From an uncultured Clostridia bacterium (GTDB lineage: Bacteria > Bacillota > Clostridia > Oscillospirales > Acutalibacteraceae), in NCBI GenBank assembly GCA_947630835.1, contig CANRIZ010000005.1, forward strand, positions 14,349 through 78,348: a DNA stretch of 64,000 nucleotides, in the 5' to 3' direction. The position numbers and the translations under genes are program-made. The first letter of the stretch is position 1, and every line of letters begins with the position of its first letter. Below, one piece after another: positions 1 through 9,144 of this stretch. Below the pieces are notes generated by a model. That model worked only from the letters and a program-made list of their open reading frames with translations. It was not told the origin of the DNA and ran no database searches.

Positions 1-987
1 AAGGTTTCTTTTTATTAATTCCCAAATTTTATTGGCTCTTTTTCCGAAAACGGAAAACAGCGCAAGAAAAGCCCTGAACGCCAAGCCCTCTTTAAAGGAA
101 AGCGTTTTAATATATTGCTGCGCCTTTTTGCGGGAGGAGTTTTCAAGAGTTTTCCTGTATTCGGTAAACCAAAGATGCGCAAAATGCCAGTTGATATCGT
201 TTTCGTATTTCCCGCCGGAAAAAACGTTGAATTCGTTAAGCCAGGCGGTTTCGTTCTCAACATGGTTTAAATCGGTTTTTTCCTTAATATTATCGGTCCA
301 CGAACCCGAAGAGCCGTACCTGTAAACCGCCATTATTTTGTCAAAATAATGCGCCTTGCCCCTGTAAGCGGATAAAATCTGACGCGGATAGTCGTAAACG
401 TCCGCCATACTCCTGAAAGCGGGCCATTCGGTAAAAATTTCCGCCCTTATGACAAGCGAAGCGGATGGGCAGAACATTCCGCCCCTTTTTATAATCAAGC
501 CGCAATCGACGTCCGTATCGCCCTTTAAAGGTCTGTACGGCATAACGCTCGAATCGGGATTGAGCTGATTCACGGCGTGAAAGGTCATGGTGCAATCGGG
601 ATTGTTCTCCATATACCCGACCTGAAGAGCGAGCTTTGAAGGGTCGCTCCAAAAATCGTCGCCCTCGCACACGGCGACGTATTTGCCCCTGATAAGCGGG
701 CAGATGTATTCCTTTTCTATATTAACGCTCTTCATCTTGTTTTCGCTTTGAAGAACCGGTCTGATAATCTCGGGCAGGCGCTTTGCATAGTCCCTGATAA
801 TATCCTGCGTGCCGTCGGTTGAAGCGTCGTCGTGAACTATTATCTCAAAGGGAAAATCCGTTTTTTGAGAAAGCATTGAATCAAGCGCCTGAGCAACCGT
901 TTTTTCGTGATTATAGGTAAGACAGCAAACGCTGACGCAGGGATTTTGCGAAGACTTAAAATTTTCTTTTTGTTTAGTTTCAATCAT
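1..987 (-). CDS. GT2-family glycosyltransferase; the C-terminus runs off the window start
   Basis: Absent from the ORF track because there is no in-window stop. Manual translation from ATG (985-987, minus) gives MIETKQKENFKSSQNPCVSVCCLTYNHEKTVAQALDSMLSQKTDFPFEIIVHDDASTDGT...VAVCEGDDFW, a GT-A fold signature. The frame is open to position 1. Confidence 0.8.
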   Translation of the reverse strand, partial: MIETKQKENFKSSQNPCVSVCCLTYNHEKTVAQALDSMLSQKTDFPFEIIVHDDASTDGTQDIIRDYAKRLPEIIRPVLQSENKMKSVNIEKEYICPLIRGKYVAVCEGDDFWSDPSKLALQVGYMENNPDCTMTFHAVNQLNPDSSVMPYRPLKGDTDVDCGLIIKRGGMFCPSASLVIRAEIFTEWPAFRSMADVYDYPRQILSAYRGKAHYFDKIMAVYRYGSSGSWTDNIKEKTDLNHVENETAWLNEFNVFSGGKYENDINWHFAHLWFTEYRKTLENSSRKKAQQYIKTLSFKEGLAFRAFLALFSVFGKRANKIWELIKRNL

Positions 988-1068
988 AATATTACCGCTG
1001 ACAAGAAGAATAATTTTTAAATTCTGCTAATTATATCACATACTTTCGATTAAATCAACCGAAACAGT

Positions 1069-2133
1069 TTACCTGTTTGCCTTAAGCTTTGCAAAAAGCT
1101 TTACGTTACCCGATTTTACGCTTGAAATGAACTTGCCTTCCAGCTTTGTAATAAAGACGCTTTTCATTCTGACTGGCAGCAGCATAAGCTTCATAACGAT
1201 TGAATTGGGCCTCGCGTATTTGAGCGCTTTGCGGGTTTCGGGCGAGCTTATCATCTTGCTTATCTGCTCGTTTTTTTCCCTTTCGCTCAGCGGGCAGGCG
1301 GGGTTTGTGACATTTTCTATACAGCCTACGACTCTCTCGATATATCGGCGGAAAATCATCTCGCGGCTTGCTTCGTCGTCTATGCCCCAATGCATGTACA
1401 AAGAAAGCATCCAGCCGTGCTCCTGCTCCCTTTTTTCATACATATCGCTTCTGTGTTTTGCGGTTTCGCTGTCGGAGCGCGCCCGCATAAAATGGTAATA
1501 ACGGTTTTCCATAAGGGCGACGCGCTCAACGTCCCTGACAACGTCGAGATTGAAAGGGAAATCGTCCCAAAATGTATTCTTAAAGCGTATGTTGTTATCA
1601 ATAATATATTTTCTTTGATAAAGCTTGTTCCACGGAGTGTATAAAAGGTTTTTATCGAACATTTTATAGGCGTACTCGCGGAATTCACTCCGAGATTTAA
1701 AATCCCTTGACGGCAAGCTCTGGCTCTGGGAATAAAACTGCGTATCGGAATAATAGGTGTCGATATAATACCCGGCGACTACGAGCTGGGCGTCCGTCTG
1801 CTTCGCCTTATTGTACATGTCCTCAAGCATTTCGGGTTCTGCCCAATCGTCGGAATCCATAAAATACAGATACTCGCCCCTCGCCCTCTCTATTGCCGTA
1901 TTCCTTGCGGAGGGCGCGCCGCCGTTTTCCTTATGTATTACGGTAATCCTCGAATCGTTTTTTGCGTATTCGTCGCAGATTTCGCCGCTTTTGTCGGGAG
2001 AGCCGTCGTCAACCGCTATAAGCTCCCACTGCTTAAAGCTTTGGGCAAGAAGGCTGTCGAGGCATTTTCTTATATAATTTTCAACGTTGTAGACCGGCAT
2101 TATAACCGAAATTTTAATATCGTCCATAATCAA
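1069..2133 (-). CDS. GT2-family glycosyltransferase
   Basis: ISVIMPVYNVENYIRKCLDSLLAQSFKQWELIAVDDGSPDKSG...YFMDSDDW. Its start overlaps the stop of the upstream glf by 4 nt. Confidence 0.85.
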   Translation of the reverse strand: MIMDDIKISVIMPVYNVENYIRKCLDSLLAQSFKQWELIAVDDGSPDKSGEICDEYAKNDSRITVIHKENGGAPSARNTAIERARGEYLYFMDSDDWAEPEMLEDMYNKAKQTDAQLVVAGYYIDTYYSDTQFYSQSQSLPSRDFKSRSEFREYAYKMFDKNLLYTPWNKLYQRKYIIDNNIRFKNTFWDDFPFNLDVVRDVERVALMENRYYHFMRARSDSETAKHRSDMYEKREQEHGWMLSLYMHWGIDDEASREMIFRRYIERVVGCIENVTNPACPLSEREKNEQISKMISSPETRKALKYARPNSIVMKLMLLPVRMKSVFITKLEGKFISSVKSGNVKLFAKLKANR

Positions 2134-3227
2134 AACTCTTTATCGCAAATTTCAAGCGCCGCTTCTATGCACTTGTCCATATCGTAATATTTGTAAAGCC
2201 CGAGCCGTCCTCCGAAAATGACGTCGCGCCTTTCATTGGCAAGCTTGCGGTATTTTTCGTAAAGGCCGTTATTCTTTTCATCGTTTACGGGATAATACGG
2301 TTCTTTTCCCCTTTGGAAGACCTCCGGATACTCCTTTGTGATAACCGTTTTTTTCTGCGTGCCGAAGTTAAAATGCTTATGCTCTATTATCCTTGTGTAC
2401 GGTATATCTCTTTCGGAAAAATTCATAACCGCAACGCCTTGGAAATTTTCGGTATCGAGGGTTTCGGTTTCAAACCTCAGGCTTCTGTAATCAAGCTCGC
2501 CCAGACGGTAATCGAAAAACTCGTCTATCATACCGGTAAAGAGGCATTTTTTTGCAAGCGACAGGAATTTTTCTCTGTCCGAAAAGAAATCGGTATCGGT
2601 TAAAATTTCAACGCCGTCAAATAGCTTTTCAATCAATTCGTTGTAACCGTTTACGGGTATGCCCTGGTACCTGTCGTTGAAATAGTTGTTATCGTAGGTA
2701 TAGCGGACGGGAAGGCGTTTAATTATAAAAGCGGGCAAATCCCTGCAATCTCGCCCCCATTGCTTTTCGGTGTAGCCCTTAACAAGCTTTTCGTAAACCT
2801 CCCTGCCGACAAGGCTTATCGCCTGCTGCTCAAGGTTTTGAGGTTCTCCGTCTATCTCCTGCCTTTGGCTTTCGATAATTTCCCGCGCCCGAACGGGTGA
2901 GCTTATGCCGAACATCTTTGAAAAGGTGTTCATATTAAAAGGCAGATTATAGATTTCGCCCTTGTAATTACATACGGGAGAATTAATGAAATTGTTAAAC
3001 TCGCAAAGCTCGGTTACATAATCCCAAACCCTGCGATTGCTTGTATGAAAAATATGCGCGCCGTAGCGGTGAACCGTAATGCCTTCAATATTCTCGCAAT
3101 ACAGATTTCCGCCTATATGACCGCGTTTTTCAATAACGAGACATTTTTTACCGTGCTTTTTGGCTTCGTTGGCAAACACGGCGGAAAAAAGCCCCGCTCC
3201 GACTATAAGATAATCGTATTTACTCAT
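2130..3227 (-). CDS. glf: UDP-galactopyranose mutase
   Basis: FAD-binding motif YDYLIVGAGLFSAVFA, then GHIGGN...YGAHIFHT. The start is chosen at the internal ATG 3227, preceded by GGAGAA; the ORF track extends to 3260. Confidence 0.9.
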   Translation of the reverse strand: MSKYDYLIVGAGLFSAVFANEAKKHGKKCLVIEKRGHIGGNLYCENIEGITVHRYGAHIFHTSNRRVWDYVTELCEFNNFINSPVCNYKGEIYNLPFNMNTFSKMFGISSPVRAREIIESQRQEIDGEPQNLEQQAISLVGREVYEKLVKGYTEKQWGRDCRDLPAFIIKRLPVRYTYDNNYFNDRYQGIPVNGYNELIEKLFDGVEILTDTDFFSDREKFLSLAKKCLFTGMIDEFFDYRLGELDYRSLRFETETLDTENFQGVAVMNFSERDIPYTRIIEHKHFNFGTQKKTVITKEYPEVFQRGKEPYYPVNDEKNNGLYEKYRKLANERRDVIFGGRLGLYKYYDMDKCIEAALEICDKEF

Positions 3228-3359
3228 AATTTTCTCCGTTGGGCTGTACTGCCCGAGCATAAAATTACTGTATAATTTGATATTTTAACATATTTGTATC
3301 ACTTTTTCAATACTTTATGAAAACGGCGTAAGGGCCAAAAAACAAGCCGATAATTACAA

Positions 3360-3572
3360 TCACGGGTAGCGTTTTATTTCGTCGGTTTCCCCGAGCAGAT
3401 AGTCGACGCTCGTATTGTAAAACCTTGCAAGCTTAATCAAAATAGCAGTAGGCAAATCGTTTTCGCCGGTTTCGTATTTTGAATAGCCGGTTTGCGACAT
3501 ACCGAGAATTTTTGCAATCTGCGTTTGATTCATATCCCTGTCCTCTCTTAAATCACGGATTCTTTTATACAT
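3360..3572 (-). CDS. XRE-family helix-turn-helix transcriptional regulator (70 aa)
   Basis: MNQTQIAKILGMSQTGYSKYETGENDLPTAILIKLARFYNTSVDYLLG is a typical Cro/C1-type HTH. Confidence 0.85.
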   Translation of the reverse strand: MYKRIRDLREDRDMNQTQIAKILGMSQTGYSKYETGENDLPTAILIKLARFYNTSVDYLLGETDEIKRYP

Positions 3573-3617
3573 ACTATTTCACCTCAAAACCATTATAAGT
3601 TAAGGGGAATTTCATAC

Positions 3618-3646
3618 TTGACTTTTAATCTGTTTCAGGTTAAAAT
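3618..3646 (+). promoter_or_regulatory. Sigma-70-like promoter for the LRR-dockerin gene (TTGACT-17-TAAAAT)
   Basis: TTGACT at 3618-3623, a 17-nt spacer, and TAAAAT at 3641-3646, about 60 nt upstream of ATG 3707. Confidence 0.45.
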
Positions 3647-3661
3647 GAATTTAACCTGAAA
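3633..3661. promoter_or_regulatory. Perfect 12-5-12 palindrome, a candidate XRE operator
   Basis: TTTCAGGTTAAA atgaa TTTAACCTGAAA. It overlaps the predicted -10 and lies between the divergent XRE gene and the LRR gene. Confidence 0.5.
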
Positions 3662-3706
3662 TGTATTATTTGGGGTTGATTCTTAATTATGAGAAAGGAA
3701 AACAAT

Positions 3707-6226
3707 ATGAAATCAAAAAAATTTTTATCATTGCTTTTGTCACTTGCAATGATACTGACTGCTCTGCCCTTGGCAGGGGTTACCGCGTTTGCGGCGACAA
3801 GCGGGAACTTTGAGTACAAGGTACTTGAAGACGGCTCGGCAAAGATTACGGATTATACCGGTAGCGCAGAAACGCTTGATATTCCCTCAAAGCTTGACAC
3901 ATATACTGTTACAAGTATAGGCGAGTATGCATTTGCATTTTGCGACAGCTTAACAAGCGTAACGATACCCGATAGCGTAACAAGCATAGGTGTTCATGCA
4001 TTTGAATATTGCGAAAGCTTAACAAACGTAACGATAGGTAACGGCGTAACAAGCATAGGCGAGTATGCATTTTGGAATTGCGACAGCTTGATAAGCATAA
4101 CAATACCCGGAAGTGTTACAAGCATAGGTGATTCTGCATTTGATGGTTGCGACAGCTTAACAAGCGTAACAATACCCGACAGCGTAACAATCATAGGCGA
4201 TTATGCATTTGAACATTGCAACAGTTTAACAAGCGTAACAATACCGAACAGCGTTACAATCATAGGTGACGGTACATTTTACGGTTGCGAAAGCTTAACA
4301 AGCGTAACAATACCTGATAGTGTTACAAGCATAAGTTATGAGGCATTTTCCGGTTGCGACAGCTTAACAAGCATAACAATACCTAACAGCGTAACAAGCA
4401 TAGGCGATTATGCATTTGAACATTGCAACAGTTTAACAAGCGTAACAATACCTAACGGTGTTACAAGCATAGGTGATTATGCATTTGAAGATTGCGACAG
4501 CTTAACAAGTATAGCAATACCTAACAGCGTAACAAGCATAGGCAAGGATGCATTTGCACATTGCAACAGTTTAACAAGCGTAACAATACCAGATAGCGTT
4601 ACAAGTATAGGTTGGGGCCCGTTTTTAGGATGCAAAAATCTAACAAATATAACCGTTAGTCCAAACAATAAAAATTATTCCTCACAGGAAGGCGTTTTAT
4701 TTGATAAGAATAAAACAGAACTTATACAATATCCTATAGGAAATACAAGAACATTATATGAAATACCCAATACTGTTACAAGTATAGGTTGGTGTGCATT
4801 TAAAGGTTGTGACAGCTTAACAAGCGTAACAATACCCAACGGTGTTACAAGTATAGACTATTGCGCATTTGATGGTTGCCACAGCTTAACAAGCATAACA
4901 ATCCCCGACAGCGTAACAAGCATAGGTGATTATGCATTTGAAGATTGCGACGGTTTAACAAGCGTAACAATACCCAACGGTGTTACAAGCATAGGTGATT
5001 ATGCATTTGAAGATTGCGACAGCTTAACAAGCGTAACTATACCCGACAGCGTAACAAGCATAGGTGGTCATGCATTTCACGGTTGCGAAAGCTTAACAGA
5101 AATAAATGTTGACGCAAACAATAAAAACTATTCTTCACAGGACGGAGTATTGTTTAATAAGAATAAAACAGAGCTTATACAATATCCTATAGGAAACGAA
5201 AGAACATCATATGATATTCCAAACAGTGTTACAAGCATAGTTGAGTATGCATTTTATAATTGCGCCGGCTTAACAAGCGTAACCATACCCGATAGCGTTA
5301 CAAGCATAGGCATGGAGGCATTTGCATATTGCGCCGGCTTAACAAGCGTTATTATACCCGAAAGTGTAACACATTTGGAAGATAGAGTATTTGATTATTG
5401 CTCCGGTTTAAAAAGTGTAAAAATACCAAACAGCATTACAGATATAGATTGGTTCTTATTTGAAGGCTGCATAGGTTTAACGAGCGTAACAATACCTGAA
5501 AGCGTTACAAGCATAGGCATTGGTGTGTTTCACGATTGCGACGGCTTAACAAGTGTAATAATTCCTAAAAACGTTACCATTATAGCGCAGTACGGATTTT
5601 GGAATTGCGACAACTTAACCGACATATATATATTAAACAAAGAATGCAAATTAGGCATGGAATCAATGCAACCCGAAACTACAATTCACGGTTATGCAGG
5701 TTCAAAAGCCGAAGAATATGCAAATAAATACGGCAACAAATTTGTTGCCTTAGAGGAACATCCGAGTATGGAAAAAGTACCCGAAAAGGCGGCAACCTGC
5801 ACCGAGGACGGCAATATTGAATATTTCCATTGCTCCGATTGTAACAAGAATTTCAAAGATGAATACGGTCTTGAAGAAATTGCGGACGTTGTTGTAAAAG
5901 CAACGGGACACAAATATGAGGACGGCGTATGCACCGTTTGCGGCGCAGAAGAGCCTGTTAACCCGGAAGATCCGACGAATCCCGACAATCCCGTAAACCC
6001 CGATACTCCCAAACCGAGCGGCGAAGTGAACGGCGACGGCAAGTTATCAACCGTAGACGCTAAATGGATTTTGCAAAACATAGCGAAGTCAAGGGAGTTC
6101 AGCGACGAGCAATTCAAGGCCGCCGATCTCAACGGCGACGGGAAATTGTCCGTAGTTGACGTTAAATGGGTACTTCAAATAGTAGCCGGTATGCGTAACG
6201 CAGAAACTTTGGAACCGATTAAATAA
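3707..6226 (+). CDS. Secreted BspA-type leucine-rich-repeat (LRR_5) protein with a Cys-rich module and a C-terminal type-I dockerin
   Basis: Signal peptide MKSKKFLSLLLSLAMILTALPLAGVTAFA. More than 20 repeats of about 22-24 aa (SLTSVTIPxSVTSIGxxAFxxC). The C-terminus carries a duplicated Ca-binding dockerin segment, NGDGKLSTVDAKWILQ...DLNGDGKLSVVDVKWVLQ. An AGGAAA RBS precedes ATG 3707. Confidence 0.85.
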   Translation: MKSKKFLSLLLSLAMILTALPLAGVTAFAATSGNFEYKVLEDGSAKITDYTGSAETLDIPSKLDTYTVTSIGEYAFAFCDSLTSVTIPDSVTSIGVHAFEYCESLTNVTIGNGVTSIGEYAFWNCDSLISITIPGSVTSIGDSAFDGCDSLTSVTIPDSVTIIGDYAFEHCNSLTSVTIPNSVTIIGDGTFYGCESLTSVTIPDSVTSISYEAFSGCDSLTSITIPNSVTSIGDYAFEHCNSLTSVTIPNGVTSIGDYAFEDCDSLTSIAIPNSVTSIGKDAFAHCNSLTSVTIPDSVTSIGWGPFLGCKNLTNITVSPNNKNYSSQEGVLFDKNKTELIQYPIGNTRTLYEIPNTVTSIGWCAFKGCDSLTSVTIPNGVTSIDYCAFDGCHSLTSITIPDSVTSIGDYAFEDCDGLTSVTIPNGVTSIGDYAFEDCDSLTSVTIPDSVTSIGGHAFHGCESLTEINVDANNKNYSSQDGVLFNKNKTELIQYPIGNERTSYDIPNSVTSIVEYAFYNCAGLTSVTIPDSVTSIGMEAFAYCAGLTSVIIPESVTHLEDRVFDYCSGLKSVKIPNSITDIDWFLFEGCIGLTSVTIPESVTSIGIGVFHDCDGLTSVIIPKNVTIIAQYGFWNCDNLTDIYILNKECKLGMESMQPETTIHGYAGSKAEEYANKYGNKFVALEEHPSMEKVPEKAATCTEDGNIEYFHCSDCNKNFKDEYGLEEIADVVVKATGHKYEDGVCTVCGAEEPVNPEDPTNPDNPVNPDTPKPSGEVNGDGKLSTVDAKWILQNIAKSREFSDEQFKAADLNGDGKLSVVDVKWVLQIVAGMRNAETLEPIK
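3880..5640 (+). repeat. Intragenic tandem array of 66-72-nt coding repeats with several near-identical 40-60-nt stretches
   Basis: For example, gattatgcatttgaacattgcaacagtttaacaagcgtaacaatacc recurs near 4198 and 4405, and ataggtgattatgcatttgaagattgcgac recurs near 4470, 4925 and 4990. Confidence 0.9.
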
Positions 6227-6278
6227 TCTAAACAGACATTTACAAAAAGTTATGATATGTAACAAATAAAAAGCGACA

Positions 6279-6319
6279 AAAAGCGGTTATACCGAGGTAA
6301 ACTTGGTATAACCGCTTTT
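6279..6319. terminator. Bidirectional rho-independent terminator (15-bp perfect stem)
   Basis: AAAAGCGGTTATACC gaggtaaactt GGTATAACCGCTTTT, downstream of the LRR gene. Confidence 0.8.
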
Positions 6320-6330
6320 GTAATATAATT

Positions 6331-6447
6331 AAAAGGAATTTCGCAGTCTGCGGACTGCGACGAGGGCTTTGCCCCTCGACCCCACCGACTTTTGTAAAAG
6401 TCGGGGAAAACATTGACTGTCGCGCGTCTAAGCTTTAATTCCCTTTT
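6331..6447. other. Compound structured element: three consecutive GC-rich hairpins enclosed by a 10-11-bp outer inverted repeat
   Basis: Outer arms are AAAAGGAATT (6331-6340) and AATTCCCTTTT (6437-6447). Inner hairpins are TCGCAGTC-tgcg-GACTGCGA (6341-6360), CGAGGGC-ttt-GCCCCTCG (6361-6378) and CCGACTTTT-gt-AAAAGTCGG (6385-6404). Confidence 0.5.
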
Positions 6448-6448
6448 A

Positions 6449-6991
6449 TCAATAATTCTCCGCTTTTACCATAAAGTACGCTTGCGGATGGTTGCAAACG
6501 GGGCATACCTCCGGCGCTTTTTTGCCTATTACTATATGCCCGCAATTTGAACATTGCCAAATAGTATCTCCGTCCTTTGAAAATACAACTCCGTCCTCTA
6601 TGTTTTTCAAAAGCTTTCTGTATCTTTCCTCATGCTCTTTCTCGATAGCTCCTACCTTTTCAAAAAGCTCGGCTATCTCGTCAAAGCCCTCCTCCTTTGC
6701 TTCCTTGGCAAACTGCGCGTACATATCCGTCCACTCGTAATTCTCGCCCTCGGCCGCCGCAAGCAGATTTTCCTGCGTGCTTGCTATGGCTCCGCCGTTT
6801 AAAAGCTTGAACCATATCTTTGCGTGTTCCTTTTCGTTATCCGCCGTCTCTTGGAAAATATTTGCTATCTGAACATATCCGTCCTTTTTCGCCTTGGAAG
6901 CAAAGTATGTATATTTGTTCCTCGCCTGTGATTCGCCTGCGAATGCCGCCTGTAAATTTGCCTGAGTTTTACTGCCCTTTAAATCTTTCAT
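6449..6991 (-). CDS. rbr: Rubrerythrin
   Basis: Ferritin-like diiron motifs ([34 protein letters not shown]) plus a C-terminal rubredoxin-like CSNCG...CPVCNHP. The second ATG (6991) has better SD spacing. Confidence 0.9.
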   Translation of the reverse strand: MKDLKGSKTQANLQAAFAGESQARNKYTYFASKAKKDGYVQIANIFQETADNEKEHAKIWFKLLNGGAIASTQENLLAAAEGENYEWTDMYAQFAKEAKEEGFDEIAELFEKVGAIEKEHEERYRKLLKNIEDGVVFSKDGDTIWQCSNCGHIVIGKKAPEVCPVCNHPQAYFMVKAENY

Positions 6992-7049
6992 TTTTATCAT
7001 TTCCTTTCTTTATTTTATATTTTTATTATATATGGATTTTGTAAAATTT

Positions 7050-7502
7050 TCAACGGTGAATTTTATCTAAAAAAGCCTCGATGCCAACCGAAATGTCATC
7101 GTATGTTTTTTCAAAATTCCCCGTGTACCATGGGTCGGCAACATCTCTCGGAAATTCGGTAAAATCGAGCAGTTTATATATTTTATTATCCCTGTCGCCG
7201 CCGAAAATCCTTTTAAGATTTCTTATGTTGGCGCTGTCCATAGCTATTATGTAATCGTACTTGTCATAATCGGATTTTTCCGCCTGCCGCGCCGCCCTTT
7301 TGCAAAAGTCAACATTGTATTTTCTTAAAACAGACTTTGTGCCGCTGTGCATATCGCTGCCGATTTCCTCCGTACTCGTTGCGGCGGAGTCAATTTGAAA
7401 TTCCCCCGCCCTGCCGAGCTTTTTGACCTTATCCTTCAGCATAAATTCCGCCATAGGCGAGCGGCATATATTGCCGTGGCATACAAACAGTATCTTTATC
7501 AT
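7050..7502 (-). CDS. Low-molecular-weight protein-tyrosine phosphatase
   Basis: P-loop ILFVCHGNICRSPMAE (CX5R-S) and the downstream DPWY motif. Confidence 0.85.
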   Translation of the reverse strand: MIKILFVCHGNICRSPMAEFMLKDKVKKLGRAGEFQIDSAATSTEEIGSDMHSGTKSVLRKYNVDFCKRAARQAEKSDYDKYDYIIAMDSANIRNLKRIFGGDRDNKIYKLLDFTEFPRDVADPWYTGNFEKTYDDISVGIEAFLDKIHR

Positions 7503-7542
7503 ATCGCCCCACCTTTAAAGCAAATTTTAGGCTTTTGCAAAT

Positions 7543-9144
7543 TTACTTTAAGCTCTCAACCGCGGCTCTTTCCGCCGCAAGCGCGCCGTTATATCTTTTC
7601 ATAAATTCCTCGAAGCCCTTAACGTCCGCTTCGTCGGGTTCAACGGTTGAGCTTTGGGCGTTTGAGAAAATTTTATTGTCGAGATAATCCTCCAGCGTTT
7701 CGCCTTCCTCTTTATTGAGCATATAAAGCGCAAGTATCGCCATACCCCACGGGCCGCCCTCGCCCGCGGTCTTCATAACGCCGACCTTTGTATTGAGAGC
7801 GGCGGCGGTTATCCTCTGCCCCACGCCCTCTGTTTTGTAAAGCCCGCCGTGGCCCGAAATTTTTTCGAGCGTTACGCCCTCTTTTTTAAGCAATATATCG
7901 TTGCCGTTTTTCAGCGCCGCAAACGCGGAATAAAGCTCACATCTCATAAAGTTGGCAAGATTGAATTTTGCGTCGGGAAGCCTTGCGAAAAGCGGCCTGC
8001 CCTCCGGTAAATTTGAAACTGGTTCGCCCGAAAGGTAATTGTACGAAACAAGCCCGCCGCAGTCCTTATCGGCTTTAAGCGCTTCAAAATAGAGCATATC
8101 ATAAAGCTCGGGCTTGGCTATCTTATTGCCTGAAAGCTCCGCAAACTCCGAAAAGAGCCTTACCCATGCGTCGATATCGCCCGTGCAGTTGTTGCAATGA
8201 ACCATAGCCACGGGTTTGCCGGCGGGCGTAGTTACCATATCAATTTCGGGATAAACGCCCTTTAACGCTTTTTCCAAAACGACCATGGAGAAAATGCTTG
8301 TGCCCGCGCTGACGTTCCCCGTCTTTTCCCTTACGGCATTGGTTGCGGTCATTCCCGTGCCTGCGTCGCCTTCGGGAGGACAGACCGGAATACCCGCCTT
8401 TAAAGTTCCGCTTTCGTCAAGGAATTTTGCGCCCTGCGGCGTAAGCGTTCCCGCCTTTTCGCCCGCGGTTAAAACCTTTGGCAATATATCGGAAAGTCGG
8501 AAGGAATAGCCCTCGTTTTTGCAAATGCCGTCAAATTCTTGAAGCATTTTTTCGTCGTAATTATTAGTTTCCGAATCTATGGGGAACATACCGCTTGCCT
8601 CGCCCACTCCGGCAACAAATTCGCCCGTGAGCATAAAGTTGATATACACGGCAAGCGTCATAAGTTTTGAGAGCTTTTTAAGATGCTCCTCGCCGTTGAG
8701 CATAGCCTGACGAAGATGCGAAACGGACCACCTTTGCGGAATGTTAAAGCCGAAAAGCTTTGTAAGCTCCTCGCTTGCCTGCGCGGTGACGGTATTCCTC
8801 CAGGTCCTGAAAGGCGAAAGCAAATTCCCCTCGCCGTCAAAGGGCATATAGCCGTGCATCATAGCGGAAATTCCTATAGAACCCACCGAGGTAAGCTCGA
8901 CGCCGTATTTTTTCTTAACGTCCTTTTTAAGCTCGTTATAGCAATCGTGAAGCCCCGTATGTATGTCGTCGAGAGTATAAGTCCAAATTCCGTTTTCAAG
9001 TCTGTTTTCCCAGGTATGGCTTCCCGAAGCTATGGGATTTGCCTGCTCGTCGATAAGCACCGCCTTAATTCTCGTAGAGCCGAATTCTATACCCAAGCTT
9101 GTTTTGCCGTTAATTATATTTTCTTTAATTTGCATAATTTGCAC
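7543..9144 (-). CDS. FGGY-family carbohydrate kinase (xylulokinase/ribulokinase-like)
   Basis: N-terminal sugar-kinase phosphate-1 motif GIEFGSTRIKAVLIDE, a length of about 530 aa, and C-terminal GHGGLYKT...GGPWGMAI. Confidence 0.75.
   Translation of the reverse strand: MQIMQIKENIINGKTSLGIEFGSTRIKAVLIDEQANPIASGSHTWENRLENGIWTYTLDDIHTGLHDCYNELKKDVKKKYGVELTSVGSIGISAMMHGYMPFDGEGNLLSPFRTWRNTVTAQASEELTKLFGFNIPQRWSVSHLRQAMLNGEEHLKKLSKLMTLAVYINFMLTGEFVAGVGEASGMFPIDSETNNYDEKMLQEFDGICKNEGYSFRLSDILPKVLTAGEKAGTLTPQGAKFLDESGTLKAGIPVCPPEGDAGTGMTATNAVREKTGNVSAGTSIFSMVVLEKALKGVYPEIDMVTTPAGKPVAMVHCNNCTGDIDAWVRLFSEFAELSGNKIAKPELYDMLYFEALKADKDCGGLVSYNYLSGEPVSNLPEGRPLFARLPDAKFNLANFMRCELYSAFAALKNGNDILLKKEGVTLEKISGHGGLYKTEGVGQRITAAALNTKVGVMKTAGEGGPWGMAILALYMLNKEEGETLEDYLDNKIFSNAQSSTVEPDEADVKGFEEFMKRYNGALAAERAAVESLK

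Noticed and set aside
15-670. ORF-track entries 15-263(-), 32-325(+) and 341-670(-).
   Set aside because: All lie inside, and out of frame with or antisense to, the long GT2 glycosyltransferase frame (1-987, minus). That frame has clear family motifs, whereas these translations are low-complexity with no motifs.
3880-5640. A regular array of about 70-nt repeats that could superficially resemble a CRISPR or satellite array.
   Set aside because: The repeats are in-frame coding LRR units within one continuous ORF. There are no unique spacers, no leader and no cas genes.
7001-7049. Possible PerR box upstream of rubrerythrin in the AT-rich promoter region.
   Set aside because: No TTATAAT-N-ATTATAA-type palindrome could be found; the region only has generic AT-richness.
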